38,788 nucleotides of DNA from an uncultured bacterium (GCA_964372275.1 CAYJRR010000031.1:1-38788), one strand, 5' to 3'. Positions 1-9,194 are shown, counted from the stretch's first letter. The notes: generated by a model from the letters alone, not told the origin. Program-made: numbers and translations.

Positions 1-341
1 AGGAGCGCCACCGCCTGCGACGACCGGCCGCCGTTCTCGCAGACGACGGCGAGCTGCCGATCGCGGACCGGCTCCAGCTCCGGCAGGCGCCTTCCGAGCT
101 CTCCGAGAGGGTGGTTGAGGGCGAAGGGGATGTGACCGGCGCGGAACTCCTGCGGGGTGCGCACGTCGACGACGATCACGTGGTAGGGGTCCTGGCCGAT
201 CCGGCGCGAGAGCTCCTCCACGCTCATCGTCCCGTCGAGGTTCTCCGCCTCGCGCGACAGCATCCACCCGATCCCGCCGACGATCGCGAGCGGGATCAGG
301 GCGTAGAGGACCTTGTGCAGCACGCGGGAACCGGCGGCCAC
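1..341 (-). CDS. Membrane-anchored rhodanese-like domain protein (3' end beyond window start)
   Basis: Manual translation (not in ORF track): MAAGSRVLHKVLYALIPLAIVGGIGWMLSRE...VIVVDVRTPQEFRAGHIPFALNHPL...LAVVCENGGRSSQA. It has the rhodanese DVR..EF..GHIP motif and an active-site C-x-x-G-x-R loop. GTG at 341 follows TGC-TATAGT; alternative start at 323. Confidence 0.88.
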   Translation of the reverse strand, partial: MAAGSRVLHKVLYALIPLAIVGGIGWMLSREAENLDGTMSVEELSRRIGQDPYHVIVVDVRTPQEFRAGHIPFALNHPLGELGRRLPELEPVRDRQLAVVCENGGRSSQAVAL

Positions 342-418
342 GGCGGGGGACTATAGCAGGGCGGGGGCGGGTCGGGGAGAAGGCGGGGGATGCGACCGCG
401 GATGGAAGAAGAAGATCG

Positions 419-479
419 AGAATTGGAAATTGGAAATGGAAAACCGACAACGGCAGCGTGCGACTCCGTCATTGTCGGT
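419..479. repeat. Heptamer-armed palindromic element, copy 1 (ACCGACAA core; right arm truncated)
   Basis: aattggaaattggaaatggaaa-accgacaa (core 443-450), 21-nt spacer, ttgtcggt (472-479). It overlaps the stop codon of the 469..1386 gene. Confidence 0.8.
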
Positions 480-1386
480 GCGGGTCCCGCCTCCACTCCT
501 CGCGTCGGTTCTGGAGCCAGTTGCGCAGGAACCGGCGGCGCGCCTCCTCGACCTCCTCCGGCGTCCACCGCGGCTGCTCGCTCCGCAGAAGCTCGGCGAT
601 CCGCTCGGCGGCGCGGCGGCTGCGCATCACGGTGAAGTGGAGGGTGCGCAGCTGGATCGCCGGAATCCCCTGCGCGCGCAGGTCGGGGGGCCACTGGGTG
701 TCGTCGCTGACGACGAAGTCCCCCGCCCCCCCGCCGTCGCCGATCACGCAGACGAACTTGACGTGGTCCGGGATCCGCTTCCCGGCGCGCTCGCGCAGGT
801 AGATCGCCCGCGCGCCCGTCTCGAGCGAATGGAGGAACGAGCCCTGCGCGTGGTGCAGGTTCGGGTTGGCGTGCGCGATCGGCGCGCCGCGGTTCGGTGA
901 GCAGACCTGGATCACGGCGGTGACGGGGGAGTCGGGGAACTCCTCGACGAAGTGGCGCGCGATCAGCCCTCCCGCGCTGTGTCCCACCAGCGCGATTTCG
1001 GAAAACCCCAGCGCGCGCAGCCGCTCGACCGCGTCCCGGAGCTCCGGAAGGGCGGCGACCTGCTCCACCGCGACGGTCTGACCGTAGGCGAAGGCGAAGA
1101 CGTCGGCCTCGGTTCCGAGCGTCTCGACCAGGCGGCTGCCCGGCTCCTGCCACTCCTGCAGCTCGGCCCGGCGGGTGTGCCGCGCGCTCACCGGATGCGG
1201 ACGGAAGCCGTGGATCAGCAGGACGGCGAGCGTCTCGTCCGGGGAGCGGCCGAAGGCGATCTCCGGCGGGTGGACCTGGACGAACTTCGTCTCCACCCGC
1301 GTGCGCGGCGCCTCGACCGCCGAAGCGACGCCCCGACCGGCCACCGGCAACGCGAGAAGCAACGCGACGGGGATGGCTCGGCGCAT
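469..1386 (-). CDS. Secreted alpha/beta hydrolase (lipase/PGAP1-like)
   Basis: Signal peptide MRRAIPVALLLALPVAG; LLIHG oxyanion motif; GHSAGG nucleophile elbow; SPNRG. The ORF-track extension to 1470 runs through a repeat. Confidence 0.85.
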   Translation of the reverse strand: MRRAIPVALLLALPVAGRGVASAVEAPRTRVETKFVQVHPPEIAFGRSPDETLAVLLIHGFRPHPVSARHTRRAELQEWQEPGSRLVETLGTEADVFAFAYGQTVAVEQVAALPELRDAVERLRALGFSEIALVGHSAGGLIARHFVEEFPDSPVTAVIQVCSPNRGAPIAHANPNLHHAQGSFLHSLETGARAIYLRERAGKRIPDHVKFVCVIGDGGGAGDFVVSDDTQWPPDLRAQGIPAIQLRTLHFTVMRSRRAAERIAELLRSEQPRWTPEEVEEARRRFLRNWLQNRREEWRRDPHRQ

Positions 1387-1400
1387 CGGAAGGGAATCAG

Positions 1401-1478
1401 ATTGAAAATGGAAAATGGAAAACCGGCCAATGGAAAATGACCGGCCGTCGGCCGGTTTTCCATTTTTCATTTTCCATT
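1401..1478. repeat. Heptamer-armed palindromic element, copy 2 (ACCGGCCA core)
   Basis: attgaaaatggaaaatggaaaaccggcc...ggccggttttccatttttcattttccatt, with a 17-bp perfect inner stem. It matches 13986-14063 at 74 of 78 positions. Confidence 0.92.
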
Positions 1479-1488
1479 CTCACATTTC

Positions 1489-2640
1489 TCAGATCCCTTC
1501 CAGCTTCGCGACGATCTCCTTCATGATCTCGCTCGTCCCGCCGCCGATGGTGAGCAGGCGCGCGTCGGTCCAGGCGCGGGAGATGTCGTATTCGGTCATG
1601 TAGCCGTAGCCGCCGTGGAGCTGCTGGCAGTCGTAGGCGACCTTCTGCATCAGGTCGCAGGCGACGAGCTTGGCCATGCTGATCTCCTTCACCGCCGGCC
1701 GACCCCCTTTGAGCTTCTCCCGGTTGTAGAGCTCGCAGGCGAGGTAGGTGAGCTGCTGCGCCGCCTCGGCGTTCGCCAGGTGCTCGACCAGCTTGTGTCG
1801 CCACACCTGGTACTTGATGAGCTGCTTCCCGAACGCCTCGCGCTGTTTCGCGTATTCGATCGCCTCCTTGAGCATCCGCTTCATCCCGGCGCTGGCGGCG
1901 ACGGCGGCGATCAGCCGTTCCGATTGGAAGTTGTTCATCAGGTAGATGAACCCCATGTTCTCCTGCCCGAGCAGGTAGCGCGCGGGGATCTTGCAGTCCT
2001 GGAAGGCGAGCTCGGCGGTGTCGGAGGCCTTGTTGCCGATCTTCTTCAGCTTCTTTCCGACCGAAAATCCCTTGGTGTCGGTCGGGAAGAGGAGGATCGA
2101 GATCCCGCCGAAGCCGACATCGCCGGTGCGCACCATCAGCGTGATGAAGTCGGCGCGGGTCCCGTTGGTGATGAAGGTCTTGGCGCCGTTGATCACGTAG
2201 TCGCCGCCCACGCGGCGCGCGACCGTCCGCAGGTTGGCCACGTCACTGCCGACGTACGGCTCGGAGACGCCAAGCGCGGCGATCCGCTCCCCTTTGATCG
2301 CCGGGGCCAGGAACTCGGCCTTCTGCTCCCGGGTGCCGAGGTCGTTGATCACGGGTGTCGCCATGTCGCTCTGCACCATCAGCGCCATGTTGACGCCGGC
2401 GTTCTTGGAGTAGGTGAGCGATTCGGCGTAGGCGACGGTGTACCAGTAGTCGAGGCCGCTGCCGCCGAACTCCGGATCGAAGCGGATCCCGAGCAGTCCG
2501 AGGTCCCCCGCCTTCTTGAAGATCTCGCGCGGGAAGATCTCCTCTTCGTCCCACCGTTCGGCGTGGGGGGCGATCTCCTTTTCGGCGAACTCGCGGACGG
2601 TCTTGCGCAGCGCTTCGTGTTCCGGGGTGAACTCGATCAT
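1489..2640 (-). CDS. Acyl-CoA dehydrogenase
   Basis: [58 protein letters not shown]. Confidence 0.96.
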   Translation of the reverse strand: MIEFTPEHEALRKTVREFAEKEIAPHAERWDEEEIFPREIFKKAGDLGLLGIRFDPEFGGSGLDYWYTVAYAESLTYSKNAGVNMALMVQSDMATPVINDLGTREQKAEFLAPAIKGERIAALGVSEPYVGSDVANLRTVARRVGGDYVINGAKTFITNGTRADFITLMVRTGDVGFGGISILLFPTDTKGFSVGKKLKKIGNKASDTAELAFQDCKIPARYLLGQENMGFIYLMNNFQSERLIAAVAASAGMKRMLKEAIEYAKQREAFGKQLIKYQVWRHKLVEHLANAEAAQQLTYLACELYNREKLKGGRPAVKEISMAKLVACDLMQKVAYDCQQLHGGYGYMTEYDISRAWTDARLLTIGGGTSEIMKEIVAKLEGI

Positions 2641-2697
2641 CGAACGCCTCCGAGAAAGTGCGGAAGCCTACCGTATCCGCGTCCCGCGCCGCAATGA

Positions 2698-2715
2698 TGA
2701 TTGATAGTTCAGTCA
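2698..2715. promoter_or_regulatory. Palindromic TetR/FadR-type operator candidate
   Basis: TGATTGA-TAGT-TCAGTCA (TGAnTGA-N4-TCAnTCA) in an AT-rich patch 57 nt upstream of the acyl-CoA dehydrogenase start. Confidence 0.6.
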
Positions 2716-2770
2716 ACTTCCGGGGTTGCCGGGGCGATTCCGGAACCCTACTCGAAAGGGACGTCCGCCG

Positions 2771-3061
2771 ATGAAGAGGAAGAGGAACCGACCGGCCAGC
2801 GCCGAAACGATCGCCCGCCGACGTTGGGGGCGGGTCCGGATCCTGCTCGGGGGGCGCGCGCTCCCCGAGCGCCGCACGCGACCGCGCGTCCCTCGAGGGC
2901 CGGGAACGGTCGCCGAGCGGCGCCTGGTCGCGCGCATCCTCGGACGCCAGCCCGTCGGCGCCGAGCTCGTCGATGCGATCAAGCTGCTGCGCGCCGGCGT
3001 GAAGCTCAAGGAGCGCGAGATCACCGAGCGCCTCGACGCGCTCCTCCGCCCCGAGACCTAG
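2771..3061 (+). CDS. Small basic hypothetical protein (96 aa)
   Basis: AAAGGGA RBS before ATG; GC3-rich codons in the C-terminal half; its stop shares CTAG (3058-3061) with the convergent gene. Confidence 0.55.
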   Translation: MKRKRNRPASAETIARRRWGRVRILLGGRALPERRTRPRVPRGPGTVAERRLVARILGRQPVGAELVDAIKLLRAGVKLKEREITERLDALLRPET

Positions 3062-3711
3062 ATCGTCCAGTGGTCGGTCACCAGGCCGACGACCGTCCAC
3101 TTCCCGCCGACCTTCTCCAGCACGACGTTCACGCTCTGCCAGTCCATCCCGGTGTAGTCGTGCGGAGCGTCGGAGCGGCGACCTTCGCTGCCGTGGCGGT
3201 GGAACTCGACGACCGTCGCGCCCGGAAAGTAGGACTCGACGTTGCGGAGGGTGTTGCCGCGGACGACCGGATTGTTCACGTTGACCTCCTGCGCCTTCAG
3301 GAAGCCGTGCGCGCCAATCTTCTGGGCGAGGTAGTCCTTGGGCGTCATCTCCATCGCGAATCCGCTGCCGTCGGCGTAGCCCCACAGATAGAGGTTCGAG
3401 TCCTCGCCGAAGCGCGCGATCTCGGCCGGCGCGAAGACCCGGTACTCGTCGCGGACGTAGACGTACGGGGAGAAACGGATCCCCTTGGTCGGGTGGGCGA
3501 ACGCCGACAGCGTCGCGAAGTCGCCGTCCTGGACCGCCTTCACCACCTGCTCCGCCATCGTCCGTTCGGACGACAGCGGCGCGAGGTCGGCGAGCAGCCG
3601 GTCGACGAGGTCGGTCGTGGCGTCGCACGACCCGGCGAGCGGCGACGCGTGCGCGGAAAAGGAGAGGAGAGCGGCGAATGCGGCGGCGGTGACGGCAAGG
3701 CGCGTCTTCAT
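3058..3711 (-). CDS. Secreted conserved hypothetical protein
   Basis: Signal peptide MKTRLAVTAAAFAALLSFSAHA; motif-like blocks HPTKGIRFSPY, WGYADGSG and GMDWQSVNVVLEK...WTVVGLVTDHWTI. Confidence 0.8.
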   Translation of the reverse strand: MKTRLAVTAAAFAALLSFSAHASPLAGSCDATTDLVDRLLADLAPLSSERTMAEQVVKAVQDGDFATLSAFAHPTKGIRFSPYVYVRDEYRVFAPAEIARFGEDSNLYLWGYADGSGFAMEMTPKDYLAQKIGAHGFLKAQEVNVNNPVVRGNTLRNVESYFPGATVVEFHRHGSEGRRSDAPHDYTGMDWQSVNVVLEKVGGKWTVVGLVTDHWTI

Positions 3712-3759
3712 GGCGAGGGTCCCCCCGGGGTTGGTGTTTTCGAATGGGCGGGGCCGCCG

Positions 3760-3775
3760 TGCAGCGAGCGTGCCG
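3760..3775 (-). promoter_or_regulatory. sigma54 (-24/-12) promoter candidate
   Basis: CGGCACGCTCGCTGCA (GG-N10-GC) about 50 nt upstream of the 3711 start. Confidence 0.55.
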
Positions 3776-3884
3776 CGGCGAGGGGGCGCGCAAGTGCTTG
3801 ATGAACGGATGTTCATTTCGGGCGAGGGAAGGGGGCGCGTCACGGGGAATCCAGGGGAATGGGCGCAGGTGGGAGAACGATGTC

Positions 3885-3960
3885 TCGGATCGGACCGGAT
3901 CGGATCCGATCCGACACGGATACCGATTCCGATATCGATCCGAGTCGAGTCGGTTTGCCG
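3885..3960. repeat. (TCGGA/TCCGA)n low-complexity palindromic repeat, copy A
   Basis: tcggatcggaccggatcggatccgatccgacacggataccgattccgatatcgatccgagtcg; shares blocks with 30429-30507. Confidence 0.7.
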
Positions 3961-4008
3961 CGGACCACCCCGATCGCGTAGACTTCGGCGTTTCGACCGG
4001 CTTCGTCG

Positions 4009-5877
4009 ATGCGATCCCCTCTCCCCCAGCCCACCTTCCTCCCCGTCTCCATCCAGGAGGGGGAGGCCCTCGGTTGGCTGCCGTTCGACGTGGTGCTCGT
4101 CTCCGGCGACGCCTACGTCGATCACCCGGCCTTCGGGACGGCGGTGATCGGGCGGTGGCTGGTGTCGCTCGGATACAGCGTGGGGATCCTCGACCAGCCC
4201 GACTGGCGGGGGGCCGAGGCGTTCCGGCGTCTCGGGCGGCCGTCCCTCTACTTCGGCGTCACCGCCGGGGTGATGGACTCGATGATCAACAAGTACACGG
4301 CGCAGAAGAGGCCGCGGTCGGAGGATCTCTACAGCCCGGGGGGGGAGCCCAATCGCCGTCCGGACCGCGCGTCGATCGTCTACGCCAACCGGCTGCGGGA
4401 GGCCTACCGCGACGTGCCGGTGGTCCTGGGCGGCGTCGAAGCGTCGCTTCGGCGCCTCGCGCACTACGACTACTGGGACGACAAGGTCCGGCGCTCGGTG
4501 CTGCTCGACGCGAAGTGCGATCTGCTCGTCTACGGGATGGCGGAGGAGACGATCGCCGACGTGACCCGGATCGTCGACGAGGGGCGGAAAGGACCGTGGG
4601 CGGAGACGGCTCGCCGGCTTCGGGCGCTACGGGGGACGGCGTCGGTGATCGGCTCGCGCGACGAGGCGCCGGAAGGGGCGATCGAACTGCCGCCCTACGA
4701 GGTGGTCTCGTCCGACCGCGCCGCGTACGCGCGTGCCTCGCGCAAGTTCCACCTCGAGACCAACCCGCTCAACGCCCGGCCGCTGATCCAGGGACACGGG
4801 AACCGGTTCGTGCTGGTCCAGCCGCCGCCGCTGCCGCTCGAGGAGAGGGCGATCGACCGCGTCTACGAGCTGCCGTTCCGCCGCGCGGCGCATCCCTCCT
4901 ACACGAGCCCCGTCCCGGCGCTCGAACCGGTGAAGTTCTCGGTGACGATGATGCGCGGCTGTTTCGGCGGCTGCTCGTTCTGCTCGATCACCGAGCACGA
5001 GGGTCGCGCCATCCAGAGCCGCTCCGAGGGTTCGATCCTCAAGGAGATCGCGTCGCTCCGGGACCTTCCGGGCTTCACCGGCGTCGTCTCCGACATCGGG
5101 GGGCCGACCGCGAACATGTGGCGGATGCGCTGCACGCTCGACACGGCGGAGAAGACCTGCCGTCGGCTGTCATGCGTGCATCCGAAAGTCTGCCGTCACC
5201 TCGGGGTGGAGGAGCCGCAGCGGGAGCTGGTGCAGCTGATGCGAAAGAGCCGGGACGTTCCGGGCGTGAAGAAGGTGCTGGTCGCCTCCGGCGTCCGCTA
5301 CGACCTCGCCGTGAAGTCCCCCGAGTACATGAAGGAGCTGACGCAGCACCACGTCGGCGGCCACCTCAAGATCGCGCCGGAGCACGTGAGCGCGAGCGTC
5401 CTCGACGCGATGAAGAAGCCGGTCCCCGAGGCGTACGAACAGTTCGAGCGGATGTTCGAGCGCTACAGCCGCGAGGCGGGGAAGAAGCAGTATCTCGTCC
5501 CGTACTTCATCGGGGCCCATCCGGGGTCCCGGGTGGAGGAGATGATCGAGCTGGCGGTCTGGCTCAAGCGGCGCGGATTCCGGCTGCGGCAGGTGCAGGA
5601 CTTCCAGCCGACGCCGATGACGCTCGCTTCCGCCATGTTCCACACCGGCGTGAATCCGGCCAACTTGAAGCCGGTCTACGTGGCGCGTTCCCTGAAGGAG
5701 AAGCGCCTGCAGAAGGCGTTCCTCCGTTACCACGATCCGCAGAACTACTGGACGGTGAAACAGGCGCTGCTCGACCACGGCCGGGGCGATCTGATCGGCT
5801 ACCACAAGACCGCCCTGTTGCCGCCGCGCCCCCCGGCCGGCGCCGACTCCGCCGCCGGGGCCACCCCGCGCGCCTAA
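4009..5877 (+). CDS. ygiQ: YgiQ (UPF0313) family radical SAM protein
   Basis: DVVLVSGDAYVDHP, GGVEASLRRLAHYDYW, RGCFGGCSFC (CxxxCxxC), ASGVRYDL, KIAPEH, QVQDFQPTPMT. Confidence 0.93.
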   Translation: MRSPLPQPTFLPVSIQEGEALGWLPFDVVLVSGDAYVDHPAFGTAVIGRWLVSLGYSVGILDQPDWRGAEAFRRLGRPSLYFGVTAGVMDSMINKYTAQKRPRSEDLYSPGGEPNRRPDRASIVYANRLREAYRDVPVVLGGVEASLRRLAHYDYWDDKVRRSVLLDAKCDLLVYGMAEETIADVTRIVDEGRKGPWAETARRLRALRGTASVIGSRDEAPEGAIELPPYEVVSSDRAAYARASRKFHLETNPLNARPLIQGHGNRFVLVQPPPLPLEERAIDRVYELPFRRAAHPSYTSPVPALEPVKFSVTMMRGCFGGCSFCSITEHEGRAIQSRSEGSILKEIASLRDLPGFTGVVSDIGGPTANMWRMRCTLDTAEKTCRRLSCVHPKVCRHLGVEEPQRELVQLMRKSRDVPGVKKVLVASGVRYDLAVKSPEYMKELTQHHVGGHLKIAPEHVSASVLDAMKKPVPEAYEQFERMFERYSREAGKKQYLVPYFIGAHPGSRVEEMIELAVWLKRRGFRLRQVQDFQPTPMTLASAMFHTGVNPANLKPVYVARSLKEKRLQKAFLRYHDPQNYWTVKQALLDHGRGDLIGYHKTALLPPRPPAGADSAAGATPRA

Positions 5878-5889
5878 CGGGTCGGAGGA

Positions 5890-6327
5890 TCAACGGCCGG
5901 GACGGGCGCGGGCCGGGGCCGACGCTTCGATCTCGCGGCCGAGCTCCTGCAGGAGGCGCGTCTGATCCGGCTGGAAGGTGCGGGCGAACGCCGCCGGGTC
6001 CTTCTGCGCCTTCTCGAGGATCTTGAACATCGCCTCCGGATCGCCGTTCGCCTGGGTCACCACGTTCTCCAGGATGCGCGCGGCCAGCTCGTAGAGACGC
6101 TGGGTGTTCTCGGCCGTGCCGGCGACGGCGCGCGCCACGTCGTCCGCCTCCTTCGCCTTGTCGCTCTCCTCGATCGCCACGCCGCGTTGCGACGGGCTGA
6201 CCAGGAGCTGCATCGTCTTCAACAGCGCCTCCTGCGAGGCGGCGTCAAGCTCCTGCGCGGTCGCGACCCCGGAGAGTGCGAGCGCGGCGGCGGTCAAGAG
6301 GGTGGCCGATCGGCGATCGATTCGCAT
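5890..6327 (-). CDS. Secreted helical hypothetical protein
   Basis: Signal peptide MRIDRRSATLLTAAALALSGVATA-Q; typical codon usage. Confidence 0.75.
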   Translation of the reverse strand: MRIDRRSATLLTAAALALSGVATAQELDAASQEALLKTMQLLVSPSQRGVAIEESDKAKEADDVARAVAGTAENTQRLYELAARILENVVTQANGDPEAMFKILEKAQKDPAAFARTFQPDQTRLLQELGREIEASAPARARPGR

Positions 6328-6528
6328 GCCCGACGGTGATGCATCGTACGCGCCGGATCCCGGGGCCCCGGCCGGCGTCGAGAAATCCGCCGTGGATTCC
6401 GATCGGAACGACGGCGCATGTGGCCGGCCCGAAGGATGCTACGGGGCGATTCGAGTGACGTAGATCGTCGCTTCGCGGGCGCCGGCGTGCACCTCGGGGC
6501 GTCGCGGAGGCGCCGGTGGGCGATCCGG

Positions 6529-7803
6529 TCAAGCGGCCGGGACGCGGACGGCGGCCGCTTCGGCCGTCCCCTCCATCTCCACCACCTCGAAGAGCGGGAT
6601 GGTGCCGGTTCGTCCCCGCAGCGGCAGCGGGGGCATCGCCTTCAGGCTCGCCCCCGATCCGAGCACGGCGCGCACGTCGTCGGTGATCAGCAACGAGGTG
6701 CCCAGCTCCTTGTTGGCCGCCTCCACGCGCGAGGCGACGTTCACCACGTCGCCGATCGCCGTGTACTCCCGCCGGGCGCTCCCCAGGTCCCCGACCACCA
6801 CCTCGCCGGTGTGGATCCCGATCCCGATGCGCAGCCCAGGGAACCGCCCTTCGGACCGGATGCGGGCTTCGTCCAGGAGAAGCAGCCCCGCGCGCACCGC
6901 GCGCCGCGCCTGGTCGGCCTGCTCCTCCGGGGCCCCGAACAGCGCCATCAACCCGTCGCCGAGGAACTTGTTCACGATCCCGCCCTGCGACTGCACCACG
7001 GTGGCGAAGGCGTCGAGCGCCTCGGTGAGCATGGCGAACACCTCCTCCGGCTCCCGCGTCTCGGAGAACTTGGTGAAGCCGCGGATGTCGACGAACAGGA
7101 CGGTCACGGTGCGCCGCTCCGGGGCGAGCTTCAGATCCCCCGCCAGCACGCGCTTGACGACGCGCGCGTCGACGTAGGAGCCGAAGGTGGCGCGGACGCG
7201 CTCCTCGTGCGCGGCGGCGGCGATCTCGCGCGCCAGCGTGCGGGCGAGCATGAACCCCAGCACCCCGACCAGCAGGAGGATCGAATCGCGGAACAGGAGC
7301 TCCTGGTAGAAGCGTTCGGTCTCTACGTCGGACCCGGCGATGGCGAGACCTTCGACGCGGCGCAGCGCGTAGATGTAGATCGCGGTCTGCTGGGCGATCG
7401 CCATCCCCGACACGTAGAGGCACAGCGTCGGCCGAAGGCGCAGGCAGCTCATCGCCACCGCCAGGACGTAGATGTGCGGCGTGCTCGACGTGACCAGGAA
7501 GCTCGGACCGACCGAGGTGTCCAGCAGCATCACCACCGATGCGCACGAGACTTCGAGCGTGGAGCGGAACCAGGTCTTCGCGCCGTCGAGCGGGCGATCG
7601 TCGCGAAGCGCGTGGACGAAGGCGCCGGCGGCCACCACGGCGAAGGCGAGGATCCATCCTCCGGCCCTGGCTTCGACCGTCGCGATCCGCCAGAGGATCA
7701 CCACGATTCCGACCGCGGCGGTGGCCAGCGCCAGGCGGGCGATCACCCGTTCGTTGCGGAGCCTCGCACGCGCGATCGGATCGGAGCCGGTCGGAGGCTG
7801 CAT
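6529..7803 (-). CDS. Membrane-bound class III adenylate/guanylate cyclase
   Basis: About 6 N-terminal TM segments; VLFVDIRGFT, NKFLGDGLMALFG, YTAIGDVVNVASRVE. The K/T specificity pair points to ATP. Confidence 0.93.
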   Translation of the reverse strand: MQPPTGSDPIARARLRNERVIARLALATAAVGIVVILWRIATVEARAGGWILAFAVVAAGAFVHALRDDRPLDGAKTWFRSTLEVSCASVVMLLDTSVGPSFLVTSSTPHIYVLAVAMSCLRLRPTLCLYVSGMAIAQQTAIYIYALRRVEGLAIAGSDVETERFYQELLFRDSILLLVGVLGFMLARTLAREIAAAAHEERVRATFGSYVDARVVKRVLAGDLKLAPERRTVTVLFVDIRGFTKFSETREPEEVFAMLTEALDAFATVVQSQGGIVNKFLGDGLMALFGAPEEQADQARRAVRAGLLLLDEARIRSEGRFPGLRIGIGIHTGEVVVGDLGSARREYTAIGDVVNVASRVEAANKELGTSLLITDDVRAVLGSGASLKAMPPLPLRGRTGTIPLFEVVEMEGTAEAAAVRVPAA

Positions 7804-7862
7804 CCTAGGGGCAAAGGATACACCCGTGGCGCCGGCGTCCGGTGGGCGAGTACACTTTCTCC

Positions 7863-8378
7863 ATGAAACGCCCGCCCTCACGGACGCGTGCCCCGTCGCC
7901 CGCGCATCGCACGGGCTTCGCGCGCCGCGCGCCGACCTCCGTCCTGGTGGCGCTCTCGGTCGTGGCCGGGGCGTGCGACTCCCCGAAGCCGTCCGGCCCC
8001 TCCACCGCCGCCGCGCCCGCCGCCACCGCCACGCGGGTGCCGTTCGACGAAGGGGCGGCCCGCGCGATGCTGTTGCGGCACCTGCAGGCGCTGGTTCGCG
8101 CCGACTTGAACGGTCTCCAGGCCGATCTCTTCCCGCGCAACGCGCAGACGATGGCCGCCTGCGGAAAGATGCGCCTGGCGACGACCCGTTCGTTCCACTA
8201 CGCGATCGGCGACGAGGCGCCGGTGGCAGCGCCGTCGGTCACCGGAGTGCGCCTGCAGAACGTCCGCGCGCAGGACGACTTCTGGCTCGCCGACTACGTC
8301 GCCGACGGGACGGCGCTCTCCGGAACCGAGGCGTTCGTCTTCGAGAACGGCCGATGGTGGATCAAGTGCCGGCTGTGA
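7863..8378 (+). CDS. Hypothetical lipoprotein
   Basis: Basic N-terminus, hydrophobic stretch and lipobox-like VAGA-C; TACACT 6 nt before the ATG. Confidence 0.7.
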   Translation: MKRPPSRTRAPSPAHRTGFARRAPTSVLVALSVVAGACDSPKPSGPSTAAAPAATATRVPFDEGAARAMLLRHLQALVRADLNGLQADLFPRNAQTMAACGKMRLATTRSFHYAIGDEAPVAAPSVTGVRLQNVRAQDDFWLADYVADGTALSGTEAFVFENGRWWIKCRL

Positions 8379-8571
8379 CCGGCGCCCCGTCCCCTTCGCG
8401 AACCGGGGCGAGTGCGACGGTCCAGCGGTCGGTCGGCGAGTCGTAGCGGAGCACGCATAGCCGGTCGTCGTCGGTGCGCACCTTCACGTAGATGAAGTCC
8501 TCGCCGTAGGAACGGGAGAGGACCTCCTGCACCGAGAGCCAGCGCGTCGGCCCGACCCGGACGAGGAACAT
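8362..8571 (-). CDS. Small hypothetical protein (69 aa)
   Basis: GGAGGGG RBS before MFLVRVGPTRWLSVQEVLSRSYGEDFIYVKVRTDDDRLCVLRYD; beta-rich pattern; same strand as and downstream of the DUF971 gene. Confidence 0.6.
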   Translation of the reverse strand: MFLVRVGPTRWLSVQEVLSRSYGEDFIYVKVRTDDDRLCVLRYDSPTDRWTVALAPVREGDGAPVTAGT

Positions 8572-8684
8572 CGGAAGGTCCCCTCCGCCTCCAAACATGA
8601 GGGTGAGCGGATCGGACTCAACCGGTCCGGGGCGGCGGGGTAGTGGTTCGCCCTGCGGGCTTCCTCGGGGAACTCCCCGAACAC

Positions 8685-9050
8685 CTACTCCTGCTCGAGC
8701 CCCAACAGGCGGAGCTCCTCGACGCCGTCGGGCCGGCACTCCCTGCACGGGCACAGGTCGCGCAGTTTCCGGAAGCTGTAGATGCCGGTGTCGTGGCCGT
8801 CGATCCAGCGCATTCCCAGGGCGTAGTTCCCCACCAGCTCGACGCGCTCGAGCACCGCCCCCTTCACCACGTGGAACGCGCTCGGCTGGAAGTGCCCTTG
8901 GCAGGTGGCGCAGGGGCAGTGCCCCCGGAGCAGCTCGTAGGGGTAGAACCCCTGGTGGCCGTCCTCCCAGCGGACGCGCACCTTGCGCTCTCCGCGGTGG
9001 TTGGCGACGTCGACCTCGACCGGGAGGTACTTTGGATCCGGGGAAGACAC
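8685..9050 (-). CDS. DUF971 / gamma-butyrobetaine hydroxylase N-terminal-like protein
   Basis: WEDGH...YELLRGHCPCATC, VGNYAL..WIDGHDTGIYSF..LRDLCPCREC. Confidence 0.88.
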   Translation of the reverse strand: MSSPDPKYLPVEVDVANHRGERKVRVRWEDGHQGFYPYELLRGHCPCATCQGHFQPSAFHVVKGAVLERVELVGNYALGMRWIDGHDTGIYSFRKLRDLCPCRECRPDGVEELRLLGLEQE

Positions 9051-9101
9051 TGGGCGGCTTTGTAGCACAGCGGCGCATCGCGGGAATCCGTGGCCGGGAC
9101 G

Positions 9102-9194
9102 AATTGGAAATTGGAAATTGGAAATCGAAAACCGACAATGGGGTGCGGGGCCTTCGGTTGTCGGTTTTCGATTTCCAATTTCCAATTTCCAATT
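9102..9194. repeat. Heptamer-armed palindromic element, copy 3 (perfect 37-bp inverted repeat)
   Basis: aattggaaattggaaattggaaatcgaaaaccgacaa (9102-9138) and its exact reverse complement (9158-9194), with a 19-nt loop. Confidence 0.96.

Noticed and set aside
1387-1470. N-terminal extensions such as MKNGKPADG (1470) and MEIGNRKP (9185) in the ORF track
   Set aside because: They are translations of the repeat element; better-supported starts lie at 1386 and 9050.
8484-8684. 66-aa ORF directly after DUF971 as a frameshifted 5' part of the small gene
   Set aside because: No recognisable motif, and the ATG at 8571 has its own strong RBS.
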